A DNA stretch of 64,000 nt from an uncultured Alphaproteobacteria bacterium. Its GTDB lineage: Bacteria > Pseudomonadota > Alphaproteobacteria > Rhizobiales > Aestuariivirgaceae. The stretch spans positions 16,600 through 80,599 of the forward strand of contig CAWJXD010000014.1 of NCBI GenBank assembly GCA_963846785.1, written 5' to 3'. Shown in pieces: positions 56,001 to 64,000 of the stretch (its first letter is position 1; each line of letters opens with the position of its first letter). A program made the position numbers and the translations under genes. Below the pieces are notes generated by a model, which saw only the letters and a program-made list of their open reading frames with translations, was not told where the DNA came from and did no database searches.

Positions 56001-56463
56001 AGTTGAGCGTGTCAAACACGGTCTTGAGCGTCTGGATGCCATTGTTGACGCCGGACGCAAACGCGCCAGGCCCATCGTCATGACGACCATCGCCATGGTG
56101 GCTGGCATGATTCCTTCCGCATTCGGCATCGGTGAAGGCGGTTCGTTCCGTGCACCCATGGCCATTGCCGTGATTGGCGGACTGATAGCGTCAACCTTCC
56201 TCAGTCTCGTTTTTGTGCCGTCGTTCTACATCATCATGGACGATCTTGCCCGCCTTGTGCATTGGGTTTTCGCGCGCTTCATCGGCGCCACTGATGAACC
56301 TGTTGTGGTTGATGAACGGCTTGAAACTGTTAACGCCGAACTGGCCACCAATTCGTCAGCGATGGATGCGATGAATGAAAAGCTTGAAGGCATTGAGGCA
56401 AAGCTGGACGAAGTTGCCAGCAGGATGACAAAGAAATCTGCACTGAAAGTTGCGGCAGAATAA
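53077..56463 (+). CDS. RND efflux permease (AcrB/MdtC family)
   Basis: SAWAIRNP, FPNIDIP, GILVDDAIVEIENI, GIVAKNAIMLIDF and RARPIVMTT motifs. Confidence 0.95.
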   Translation: MNFNFSAWAIRNPVPPILLFIILCLVGLMSFSRLPITQFPNIDIPLVAVTVSQQGAAPAELESQVTKRVEDAVSAITGVKHIQSTMADGVSTTAIEFRLEVPTDKALDDVKDAITKIRSDLPSSVDEPIVQRIDVEGQAIQTYAVSSPGMTLEELSWHVDDVVKREILTLPGIGRVERYGGVDREIRVELLPDRLQSLGVTAADVNRQLNATNTDVGAGRGQVGGREQAIRTLAGARTLEDLKSTKINLPGDRQVTLSDIAKVTDSNEEQRSFARFNGDSVVTFSVFRSKGASSYDVGNSVATKVEAMSKANSNVSFALVDDTVYFIYGNYISAMENLIEGALLAVLVVLIFLRDWRATLIAAIALPLSAIPTFWAMSALGFSLNLVSLLGITLATGILVDDAIVEIENIARHIKMGKSAYRASLEAADEIGLAVIAISLTIIAVFTPVSFMSGVVGQYFKQFGMTVAVAVAFSLLVARLITPMMAAYLMRDHKHIEPKEGLFLRGYMSLLRTLNWGPVIHRKPRTDANGNAVQRHWQPRIMSYVTVALAGLIFYGSTVLTSYLPTGLFPKGDKSRFVLQVELPPGSLLDDTLKTTDLLAAQIKKHPEVASVFVLGGSTPTGALEPRYGSVFVNLKHRDVGLLTGIFNPVINVLNTKFGFSIEPLQAEGRVKPQADIEAEILPQISSLPDVRWAKLSDRNTREVEFNILSNDPVALADSIAKLESKLRTDDILLGVMAQGGLDRPEIKLSPKKDEAASLGITAQQISEAVRVATIGDFGPLLAKFNAGDRLIPIRVQLPESARASWSEITGIKIISPVTGQAVPLSSVADVTFSRGPSSIKRYDRQRMATIGADFVQGVELGDAIKRIEDTAKALNFPPSVKLQAGGDAEIQGEIMSEFAKAAGLGVVLMLAVLVLLLGNIFMPFAILLSLPLSIGGVVLALLATNKSFSMPVVIGMLMLIGIVAKNAIMLIDFAVERVKHGLERLDAIVDAGRKRARPIVMTTIAMVAGMIPSAFGIGEGGSFRAPMAIAVIGGLIASTFLSLVFVPSFYIIMDDLARLVHWVFARFIGATDEPVVVDERLETVNAELATNSSAMDAMNEKLEGIEAKLDEVASRMTKKSALKVAAE

Positions 56464-56499
56464 CATGATCAGGTCCGCGCCGTTTTGGCGGCGTGGACT

Positions 56500-56880
56500 T
56501 TAACGACGCTTGTATGCCGTTACCTCAATTTCAATTTTCATGCGCGGATCTGCAAGTCCTGCAACAAACATCGTTGCAGCAGGCCGGATGTTGCCGAAAT
56601 ATGTTCTCAACACAGGCCAACAAGGTTCAAAATCCTCTGCCTGCGTCAAAAGGTAGTGCACACGCACCACGTCAGTCATGGCAAACCCGCCTTGGACCAA
56701 CGCTGCCGAAATATTGCGAAGACATTGCTCTGCCTGCTCCACAACATCGTCGGAAATGGTCATCGCGGTGTAGTCAAAACCTGTGGTTCCAGAAACAAAC
56801 ATCCATTGGCCATCGACAACCGCTCGTGAATAGCCAATATCCTGTTCAAACGTCGAACCTGATGAAATAAGCTGTCTCAT
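56500..56880 (-). CDS. RidA/YjgF family protein
   Basis: ISSGSTFE..IGYSRAV, VSGTTG, RPAATM and IEIEVTA motifs. Confidence 0.92.
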   Translation of the reverse strand: MRQLISSGSTFEQDIGYSRAVVDGQWMFVSGTTGFDYTAMTISDDVVEQAEQCLRNISAALVQGGFAMTDVVRVHYLLTQAEDFEPCWPVLRTYFGNIRPAATMFVAGLADPRMKIEIEVTAYKRR

Positions 56881-57836
56881 AGTAAGTCCCTGGGAAGTGT
56901 GTCGCCCCATGCGATCTTGCGGACGCGTTTAAAAACGTTTGCATCGCGTTTCGTAAACATGCGGTCAAATACTTTTCCGTCACTGCAAAGACGAATCGCA
57001 ATTCCGGCCTTGGAGGGCTCCGAAGGAGCAATGACACGTGCACCAGCCAGGCGCGGCGGATCCCGAGCAACAGCAATAAACGTGAATGGCTCATCTTCAT
57101 AGGGAACCACAGCCGCCTTGGCATGCATGTGCGCACGCGACCTTGGCAATCGAATATTGAAATGACACCAGTCCTCGCCAATAATCGGACACTGCAAATC
57201 ATGTGTGCACGGTGCCACGACATGCGCACTGGCCTTGCTCAATGCAGCGCGAGCCCGTTTGATGCGATCAAATCCGGCAGGTGTTCCAGGTTCCACAATG
57301 AGCAGCAATTGACGCGTCGCTGCCCACATCCGCAGCGCCAATTGTGCGGCATGATCCGCTGGTCGCTCGGCAAATACATAAGATGCAACAACGACGTCTT
57401 TCTCGGGCAAGGAGGCATCACCAATTTCACCAGTTCTGAAATCGGCTCTTTCCAACGCCACATTCTCGCTTGCACTGCAAATGACACGCGCCATGTTCAA
57501 GAACCGTTCATCATTGTCGAGAAAACTAGCTGCTTCGAGGCTCGACCAGTGGTCCAAAGCGGCCCAGGTTGCGGAACCAGCGCCTGCACCTACATCAAGG
57601 ATGGAGCGAGGAGAAAAATCCGGTAATTGGTCCACGCACATCTCGATGGCTCGATGGACGGCAGAGAATGTCGCGGGCGCACGTGTTACAAGATACGACG
57701 CAATGTCGACCTCGCGCGAACTCTTGCCCCTCTGATACTGCGCGCGCATCGCTGCCGTACCATCCCGTAAAGGTCCACCACCGTGATCTCGTAACCACGC
57801 CGCGATTGACGCGCTGACAAAGGAAGGAAGTTGCAT
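56877..57836 (-). CDS. Rsm22/METTL17-like SAM-dependent methyltransferase
   Basis: YLVTRAPAT, LDVGAGAGSA, IVEPGTPAGF and APCTHDLQCP...WCHF motifs. Confidence 0.85.
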   Translation of the reverse strand: MQLPSFVSASIAAWLRDHGGGPLRDGTAAMRAQYQRGKSSREVDIASYLVTRAPATFSAVHRAIEMCVDQLPDFSPRSILDVGAGAGSATWAALDHWSSLEAASFLDNDERFLNMARVICSASENVALERADFRTGEIGDASLPEKDVVVASYVFAERPADHAAQLALRMWAATRQLLLIVEPGTPAGFDRIKRARAALSKASAHVVAPCTHDLQCPIIGEDWCHFNIRLPRSRAHMHAKAAVVPYEDEPFTFIAVARDPPRLAGARVIAPSEPSKAGIAIRLCSDGKVFDRMFTKRDANVFKRVRKIAWGDTLPRDLL

Positions 57837-57917
57837 AAGGACCTGAGTATCTGTGATTGCCGAAGCTTAAGCAATCCACATATTGTGAGAGTTGAAAAAT
57901 TTCAGTTCATTGGCACT

Positions 57918-57945
57918 TTGATTGACGCAGCGCGCGTCCTATAAC
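57918..57945 (+). promoter_or_regulatory. Promoter for dnaE, probably leaderless
   Basis: TTGATT-N16-TATAAC, with ATG 57952 six nt downstream and no RBS. Confidence 0.5.
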
Positions 57946-57951
57946 GCCGCC

Positions 57952-60900
57952 ATGTCCGAGTCCGTCCAGGCATCACCAAAGTTCATACATCTGCGCTGCC
58001 ATTCAGCATACTCGCTGGCAGAAGGTGCAATCACCATCAAACAAATGGCAAAATTGGCTCAAGCCAACGCCATGCCTGCCTTGGCGATTACAGACACGGG
58101 AAATCTGTTTGGTGCCCTCGAGTTTTCCGAAGCCATGACAGGTATGGGACTGCAGCCAATCATTGGCTGTTCACTCAAGACGGATTTCGGCCAGGATGGC
58201 AACACGAGCTTTGCATTGGTGTTCTTGGCAAAGAATGAAACAGGTTACCGCAACCTGATGAAGCTGGTCAGTGCGAGTTTCATTGAGACACCAAGTCATC
58301 TGGAGCCACGCATCACCTGGGCCATGTTGGAACAGCACGCAGCTGGTCTGATCTGCTTGACCGGTGGTCCAACGGGTCCCATCAATGACGCTGTCGTACA
58401 GGGTCAAATCTCTCTCGCAGAGGAACTGGTCGCCCGTCTCAAGACTCTCTTTGGTGATCGGCTTTACATTGAATTGCAACGCCACGGCATGGAAGCAGAA
58501 GCCGCCGCGGAGCCTCACCTCTTAAATATGGCTTACGCTCAAGACATTCCGTTGGTCGCCATAAACGAGCCATTCTTCGCAGCACCCCATGACTACACCG
58601 CACATGACGCTTTGATTTGTATTGCTGCGGGCGAAGTGGTGGCAGAAGAAAACCGTCGGCGCATGACGACAGAACACTGTTTCAAGTCCCAGTCCGAAAT
58701 GGCAGCACTGTTTGCTGACCTTCCTGAAGCCATCGAAAACACGGTCGAAATTGCAAGGCGCTGCGCATTCGCCGTGAAAGGTCTGAAACCGATTCTGCCG
58801 CGCTTCGGTGATGGAGATGAAGCCGAAGAATTGCGCACGCAAGCCATGGCTGGTCTGAACATGCGGCTTGCAACCAAAGGCCTTGCCGAAGGTTACACGC
58901 GCCAGGATTACGACGAGCGTCTTGCCTTTGAGCTCAGCGTCATCATCAACATGAAGTACCCGGGTTATTTCCTTATTGTTGCTGACTTCATCAAGTGGGC
59001 AAAAGCGCAGGAAATACCAGTAGGACCCGGTCGTGGTTCAGGCGCTGGTTCGCTCGTCGCCTATTGTTTGACGATCACAGATCTTGATCCCCTTCGCTTT
59101 CAATTGCTGTTTGAGCGCTTCCTCAATCCCGATCGCGTATCAATGCCCGACTTCGATATCGACTTCTGTCAGGATCGCCGTGACGAAGTCATAACATACG
59201 TGCAGGGGCGCTACGGCCAAGAGCGCGTGGCGCAGATCATCACGTTTGGAAAACTGCAGGCCCGCATGGTAACGCGTGACGTCGGTCGCGTCTTGCAGAT
59301 GCCTTACGGTCAAGTTGATCGTCTGTCGAAACTAATTCCCATGAATCCGGCCAATCCGGTCACCCTGCAACAAGCCATCGATACAGAACCTCGGCTGCAG
59401 GAAGCCCGCGACGGCGACGCGCTCGTGAACCAGCTCTTCACGATCGCACTCAAGCTCGAAGGCCTCTATCGCAACGCGTCAACCCACGCGGCAGGTATCG
59501 TCATTGGAGATCGCCCGCTGGATGAGCTGGTGCCTCTCTATCGCGACCAGCGATCCACCATCCCGGCCACTCAGTTCAACATGAAGTATGTTGAAAAGGC
59601 TGGACTCGTGAAGTTCGATTTCCTCGGACTGAAGACGCTTACGGTGATCGACAAGGCACAGAAGTTGATCCGCAAACGCGTTCCCGCTTTTGATGCCAGC
59701 CTCATTCCGCTGGACGATGCCAAGACCTACGCCATGTTGGCGCAAGGGGATACGATGGGTGTATTCCAGCTGGAAAGTGCTGGCATGCGCGATGCTGTAC
59801 GCCAAATGCATGCCGACCGGTTTGAAGATCTGATTGCACTCGTAGCCTTGTTCCGTCCCGGCCCCATGGCAAATATTCCGACATACTGCGCGCGCAAGCT
59901 GGGTAAGGAACCTGTTACCTATCTCCACCCGTTGCTCGAACCAATTCTGAAGAACACATTCGGTGTCATCACTTATCAGGAACAGGTGCAGCAAACGGCT
60001 AAGGACATGGCCGGTTACACCTTGGCCGAAGCTGATCTCTTGCGTCGTGCCATGGGTAAGAAAATCAAATCTGAAATGGACGCGCAACGCGAGCGCTTCG
60101 TCAATGGTGCCGTAGAGCGCGGTGTCAATCGCGATATCGCCCATGAAGTGTTTGATGCTTGCGCCAAGTTTGCGGAATACGGCTTCAACAAATCGCACTC
60201 GGCTCCCTATGCCTTTATCAGTTATCAAACCGCTTATCTCAAAGCGAATTACCCTGTGGAGTTGATCGCGGCATCGATGTCCCTCGACAGTGGTAACACC
60301 GACAAACTGTCTCTGTTGCGTCGAGAGGCAATGAAGTGTGGCGTAAAACTTGTCCCACCCTCGATCAATGAAAGTGAAGTCGATTTCGCGGTCAAGGATG
60401 GAACGATTATTTACTCTCTCGCAGCACTGAAAAATGTGGGAGCAGGGGCCATCGAACATCTGGTCGAAAGCCGGACAGAAAATGGGGCATTTAAATCGCT
60501 GGGCGATTTTGCCAAACGCATTGATCCCAAATTCATGAACCGCAGAGCGCTGGAAAGTCTTGTCAAGGCGGGCGCCTTTGACTCACTCAATCCCAACCGC
60601 GCCAAATTGTTTGAAGGCGTGGACATGATGATTGCCACAGCCAACCGCACGACGTCGGAACAACAGCAAGGTCAAAATGATCTTTTTGGAGGTGCCGCGG
60701 AAAAATCTGATCTGGCATTGCCGGAACGAGACGCCTGGTTACCCATGGACAAGCTCAACCATGAATTCGAGGCAGTGGGTTTCTATTTGTCCGGACATCC
60801 GCTCGATGACTACACCAAACCGCTGGCGCGTTTGAATGTCGACAGTTGGGCAGTCTTCCGCGAAAAAGTCCTGAAACGGGGTGCCTCTGCTGCAAAACTG

Positions 60901-61362
60901 GCTGGCACAGTGACCTACAAACAAGAGCGCCGTTCAAAACAAGGCAACAAGTTTGCATTCCTTGGGTTTTCTGATCCCACGGGGCAGTTTGAAGCGGTTT
61001 GTTTTTCCGACACGCTCAACGCCTCACGCGAATTGCTCGAGCCAGGAAAGGCCGTGATCTTGCGCGTGGAAGCAGAGCCCGATGGCGAGGAAGTAAAGCT
61101 TCGCGTGCAGAGTGTTGAGCCACTGGATAGCCTCGCTGCAAGCATGTCAACCGGCATGCGGATTTTCATCCAGAATGCTGTCCCGGTGGAATCAATCGCC
61201 AAACGCTTGACAAATGGCGGCAAGGCACCGGTACGGATTGTATTGATGCAGGACCAGGGTCGGGAAATCGAAATTGAACTTGGCAAGAAATTCACGGTGA
61301 CACCGCAGATCATGGCAGCCGTAAAGGCCGTTCAAGGGGTAGTGCATGTCGAGGAATTCTAG
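57952..61362 (+). CDS. dnaE: DNA polymerase III alpha subunit
   Basis: PHP domain HLRCHSAYSL, GPGRGSGAGS, RVSMPDFDIDF, KFDFLGLKTL, FNKSHS and OB-fold motifs; no intein evident. Confidence 0.98.
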   Translation: MSESVQASPKFIHLRCHSAYSLAEGAITIKQMAKLAQANAMPALAITDTGNLFGALEFSEAMTGMGLQPIIGCSLKTDFGQDGNTSFALVFLAKNETGYRNLMKLVSASFIETPSHLEPRITWAMLEQHAAGLICLTGGPTGPINDAVVQGQISLAEELVARLKTLFGDRLYIELQRHGMEAEAAAEPHLLNMAYAQDIPLVAINEPFFAAPHDYTAHDALICIAAGEVVAEENRRRMTTEHCFKSQSEMAALFADLPEAIENTVEIARRCAFAVKGLKPILPRFGDGDEAEELRTQAMAGLNMRLATKGLAEGYTRQDYDERLAFELSVIINMKYPGYFLIVADFIKWAKAQEIPVGPGRGSGAGSLVAYCLTITDLDPLRFQLLFERFLNPDRVSMPDFDIDFCQDRRDEVITYVQGRYGQERVAQIITFGKLQARMVTRDVGRVLQMPYGQVDRLSKLIPMNPANPVTLQQAIDTEPRLQEARDGDALVNQLFTIALKLEGLYRNASTHAAGIVIGDRPLDELVPLYRDQRSTIPATQFNMKYVEKAGLVKFDFLGLKTLTVIDKAQKLIRKRVPAFDASLIPLDDAKTYAMLAQGDTMGVFQLESAGMRDAVRQMHADRFEDLIALVALFRPGPMANIPTYCARKLGKEPVTYLHPLLEPILKNTFGVITYQEQVQQTAKDMAGYTLAEADLLRRAMGKKIKSEMDAQRERFVNGAVERGVNRDIAHEVFDACAKFAEYGFNKSHSAPYAFISYQTAYLKANYPVELIAASMSLDSGNTDKLSLLRREAMKCGVKLVPPSINESEVDFAVKDGTIIYSLAALKNVGAGAIEHLVESRTENGAFKSLGDFAKRIDPKFMNRRALESLVKAGAFDSLNPNRAKLFEGVDMMIATANRTTSEQQQGQNDLFGGAAEKSDLALPERDAWLPMDKLNHEFEAVGFYLSGHPLDDYTKPLARLNVDSWAVFREKVLKRGASAAKLAGTVTYKQERRSKQGNKFAFLGFSDPTGQFEAVCFSDTLNASRELLEPGKAVILRVEAEPDGEEVKLRVQSVEPLDSLAASMSTGMRIFIQNAVPVESIAKRLTNGGKAPVRIVLMQDQGREIEIELGKKFTVTPQIMAAVKAVQGVVHVEEF

Positions 61363-61373
61363 CTGAGCCAAGG

Positions 61374-62788
61374 TTAGAACAGGCTGGCGACAGCACCATT
61401 CAACGTTGCCGGCACTGATGTCCCGCTCATTTGAACCGAGCTGAATTTGCCCACAAAGGCATCGCGCCACAGTGTTCCGTCTGATTTCCCGAACAAGTTT
61501 CCGCGAGCCATGACCAACCCGGTTTCAAGATGCGCTTCCCGATAACTGCCGGTGCCAAGTGTGCGTAAGAAAACGCATTCGGCGGGATGACGTAATTCTC
61601 GCATATCGATGGAGTCAGCGACAATGTCGGTCTCTCCAGAGTCATTTCGCTTATAGATGCTGCTGGGCGGTACTTGCGTGATGAAGTCTATCCCGACGCC
61701 CTCATGTCGCATGACAAACATCGACGCCGTTGCATGGTCTGCCCACCGCTTGTGCCACGACCCAACATCGACTTCGCCAACGCAGTCTAAATGTGCCGCG
61801 ACATGGAGTAAATGCAACGGCAATCCGCCGTCGTTCGCAGTAATCTGATGCGTCAACTGCGATGAAGCTGAAAGCCGCGGGGTCACGCGTCGTAAAAATA
61901 CTTTTCCGGTGCCTGTTTCCACATAAAACGCGCAACTGAAGGCACCGATGAAGCCATTGCGCCACCAATTCGCTGCCGATCTTCTGGGTGGCTTTGGTCA
62001 GTCCTGATTGGATGTCACTGACGGCTTCGCAGTTTGCCAGACTTCCAACCATCCCCGGCGCTTTGAATGTTTGCAACACAGGGCCAACTGCAACGCCAGT
62101 TTGACAGGCAACACTTTCGACGCTGTAGTTCTGGTGCGATACAAATCGGCTTACCCTCAACTCCCGCGCGACAGCTGTGTCTGCGAGTTTCAACCAGTCT
62201 TTTTGTGAAGACACAAAGTGAGTGCGCGCAACGCCTGTGGCATCGATAAACTGTACAACAAAACTCGTGCCAAGTTTTGCCTTCTGTGCCGCTGCAGCCA
62301 GTTCCTCGTAACTTGTTACACTGGCAACAACAGCTGGGGACAAATGCCACGCCAGACTTTGCCAACAGGGCACGCAAGGTATCCGGCTGCATGATGCGCC
62401 GCCGCAGATCAGGTTTCGCAAGGATGATGGTCTGTCCCAATTCTTTGGCAAGAAAATATGTTTCCTCATCGGCATCCGCTGGCCATAAAAAACCTGTGCC
62501 ACGGCTGTTCAAGTGGGCCCTGACTTCGGCATGGCGAAGCAATTCATTGCATGAATCGGCTGCACTTGTGAAATGAGTGGGTCGGTCAGATTCTGGAGAA
62601 AACGCGCCGCGGTGCAATCCAGGCACACAATCGAGAGCGCTTATATACTCAAACTTCGAAATCCAACCGTCAAGTCCGAGGCAACCATAAGGAACGGCGC
62701 CAAGAAACGTAATCGGTTGGCTGTTGCCAACAAATCCATCTAAAAGTTCGCTTAGTCGCTTGACCGACTTGCGGGTAAATTTCGCCAT
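61374..62788 (-). CDS. Divergent ATP-grasp-like protein (family usually annotated biotin carboxylase); two +1 frameshifts
   Basis: Three overlapping ORFs (62015-62788, 61702-62502, 61374-61922) join into about 470 aa; LLRHAEVRAHL, DEETYFLAKELG, SYEELAAAAQKAKLG and GLPLHLLH segments match the family as recalled. Confidence 0.6.
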
Positions 62789-62873
62789 AATATCCCCTGT
62801 GCTGCCGCAGGGCTTTTAGTGGATCGGGACGAAAACTGAAAGAGGTCTTAAATCAGCGGTTTAGTGCCGCGCT

Positions 62874-63470
62874 TTACTGCGAGATGTGACTGACGAAGGC
62901 GACTGTGTCGAGTTGCTTGTGGAACTCAATAGCGACACCAGTCGGCAGATAGCGCACAACGCGTCCCTTCATCTTGCCCAGCATCACATAGGTTCCAACA
63001 CTGGGCATGACATCAGTTTTGATGGCAGCGCCTGACACGGAAATATCGACAACTTCGCAAGCATAGACTCTGCCATCGGGCAGAGTTATCTGCGATACCC
63101 TTTCACGCGGTTCATAACGTGGATGACGACGCTGGTCAGAATTGCCCGTGAGTTTCTGCTGCAGCCAGGCAATGCGTGAAGCCAAACGCTCCTTGCGGGC
63201 CCCTTCAGCCGTAAAATTGACTTTGAAGCCCCCTTGCACGGGGTCACTCGATAGTGCTTCCACCCGACCAAGTTCTTCAAGGTATGCTACGACTGCGAGA
63301 CCAGTGGCTGGCACAGTCGCAGTCAAAAAAGTTGCCCCATTTTCGGAAACATCTACGACCTGACAGGGATGTTCTGACATGTCTGGCAGCATGAATCGGC
63401 CAAACAGAACGCTGGCAAGGCCCTTCGCTTGAACAGTTTCGGAGGGATTGGTATTGGTTGAACCGCTCAC
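62874..63470 (-). CDS. Tandem PilZ-domain protein
   Basis: Two D-x-S-x-x-G motifs (VDVSENG, VDISVSG) and QRRHPR in the second domain. Confidence 0.9.
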   Translation of the reverse strand: MSGSTNTNPSETVQAKGLASVLFGRFMLPDMSEHPCQVVDVSENGATFLTATVPATGLAVVAYLEELGRVEALSSDPVQGGFKVNFTAEGARKERLASRIAWLQQKLTGNSDQRRHPRYEPRERVSQITLPDGRVYACEVVDISVSGAAIKTDVMPSVGTYVMLGKMKGRVVRYLPTGVAIEFHKQLDTVAFVSHISQ

Positions 63471-63600
63471 GATAAATCCTTCTTTGCCCTCAAACTCTTC
63501 CCCAGTTCGGCCTACCCTACTTTAGCAGAGTAAACTTGAATTTAGAGACGAGGCAGTAAAAGGACCGTTAACCAATTGGCAGCGATCAGATATAATTCTC

Positions 63601-64000
63601 TTAAAACGTGCGACCACCTTGAATTACACGCAAAGGTATGTTTGTGCGAGTAGAAGCGGTTTCCACGATCTCGGGACTATTAAAAAGGGCCTCAGTCCAG
63701 ATGATCCGTGCCGTGACGAGCTGCCGGTCCTTGATGGTACCAACGCCGACCATGTTGACTTCTGTAAAGGAGAACAAGCCACCCATTAACTCTACTCCGG
63801 TCTTGCCGCGCACCGGCAAGGCTAGCATTTCAGCCCCAATAACGTCTCCAAGCGAACTAAAGAGCCGCATGCGAATGAGCGCAGGCTGCAGTTTTTCATG
63901 GGCAACCCGAAGAGTGCGCAACATGACATCGCGTTCAAAATTGTCCCACCCTCCAAATACGTCTTCACCGGTCAAGTGTTTTGCCAAATAAGCGATCAAT
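63601..64000 (-). CDS. PAS-like (PAS_5/DUF1457-type) protein, 5'-truncated by window edge
   Basis: EMLALPVRG...LMGGL and C-terminal LRVIQGG motif; these genes commonly neighbour PilZ genes in rhizobia. Confidence 0.65.
   Translation of the reverse strand, partial: LIAYLAKHLTGEDVFGGWDNFERDVMLRTLRVAHEKLQPALIRMRLFSSLGDVIGAEMLALPVRGKTGVELMGGLFSFTEVNMVGVGTIKDRQLVTARIIWTEALFNSPEIVETASTRTNIPLRVIQGGRTF

Noticed and set aside
59479-60459. 326-aa minus-strand ORF inside dnaE
   Set aside because: Antisense shadow caused by GC-rich codon bias
63525-63548. Possible CtrA site upstream of the PilZ gene
   Set aside because: Best match is only 6 of 8 consensus bases in AT-rich DNA

Overview
GC-rich alphaproteobacterial chromosome segment (Hyphomicrobiales-like, inferred from gene content, synteny and promoter style). 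It is mostly core genes: pepA-holC, nhaD, an ABC-F ATPase, ppc, trhO, ndk, a GcvT-family dehydrogenase, a TRAP system, a molybdopterin oxidoreductase, the purM/DUF2066/AI-2E/hdaA/ppk/ppx/rnd cluster, purB, a liv ABC transporter, a TetR-RND efflux operon, dnaE, and PilZ/PAS genes. One accessory patch (about 15.3-21.5 kb) holds a DUF1778-GNAT toxin-antitoxin pair and an intact MT-A70 methyltransferase whose BglII/BstYI-type endonuclease partner survives only as a C-terminal stub. That stub is cut at the edge of a decayed IS1595-like element carrying a DUF1828 gene pair and a fatty-acid desaturase relic; a RibD-C gene and cbpA-cbpM follow. Unannotated signals include a 48-bp nested palindrome between a GST gene and a WYL regulator, a perfect CtrA box upstream of a 33-aa ORF, twin TetR operators, a structured leader with a 38-aa ORF, and a divergent ATP-grasp-like gene apparently lacking catalytic residues. 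Five genes are broken by seven +1 frameshifts, mostly explicable as an extra base in a short homopolymer run, which suggests consensus errors rather than real pseudogenes. I found no tRNA, rRNA or CRISPR array. All family calls come from motif recognition, not database searches.
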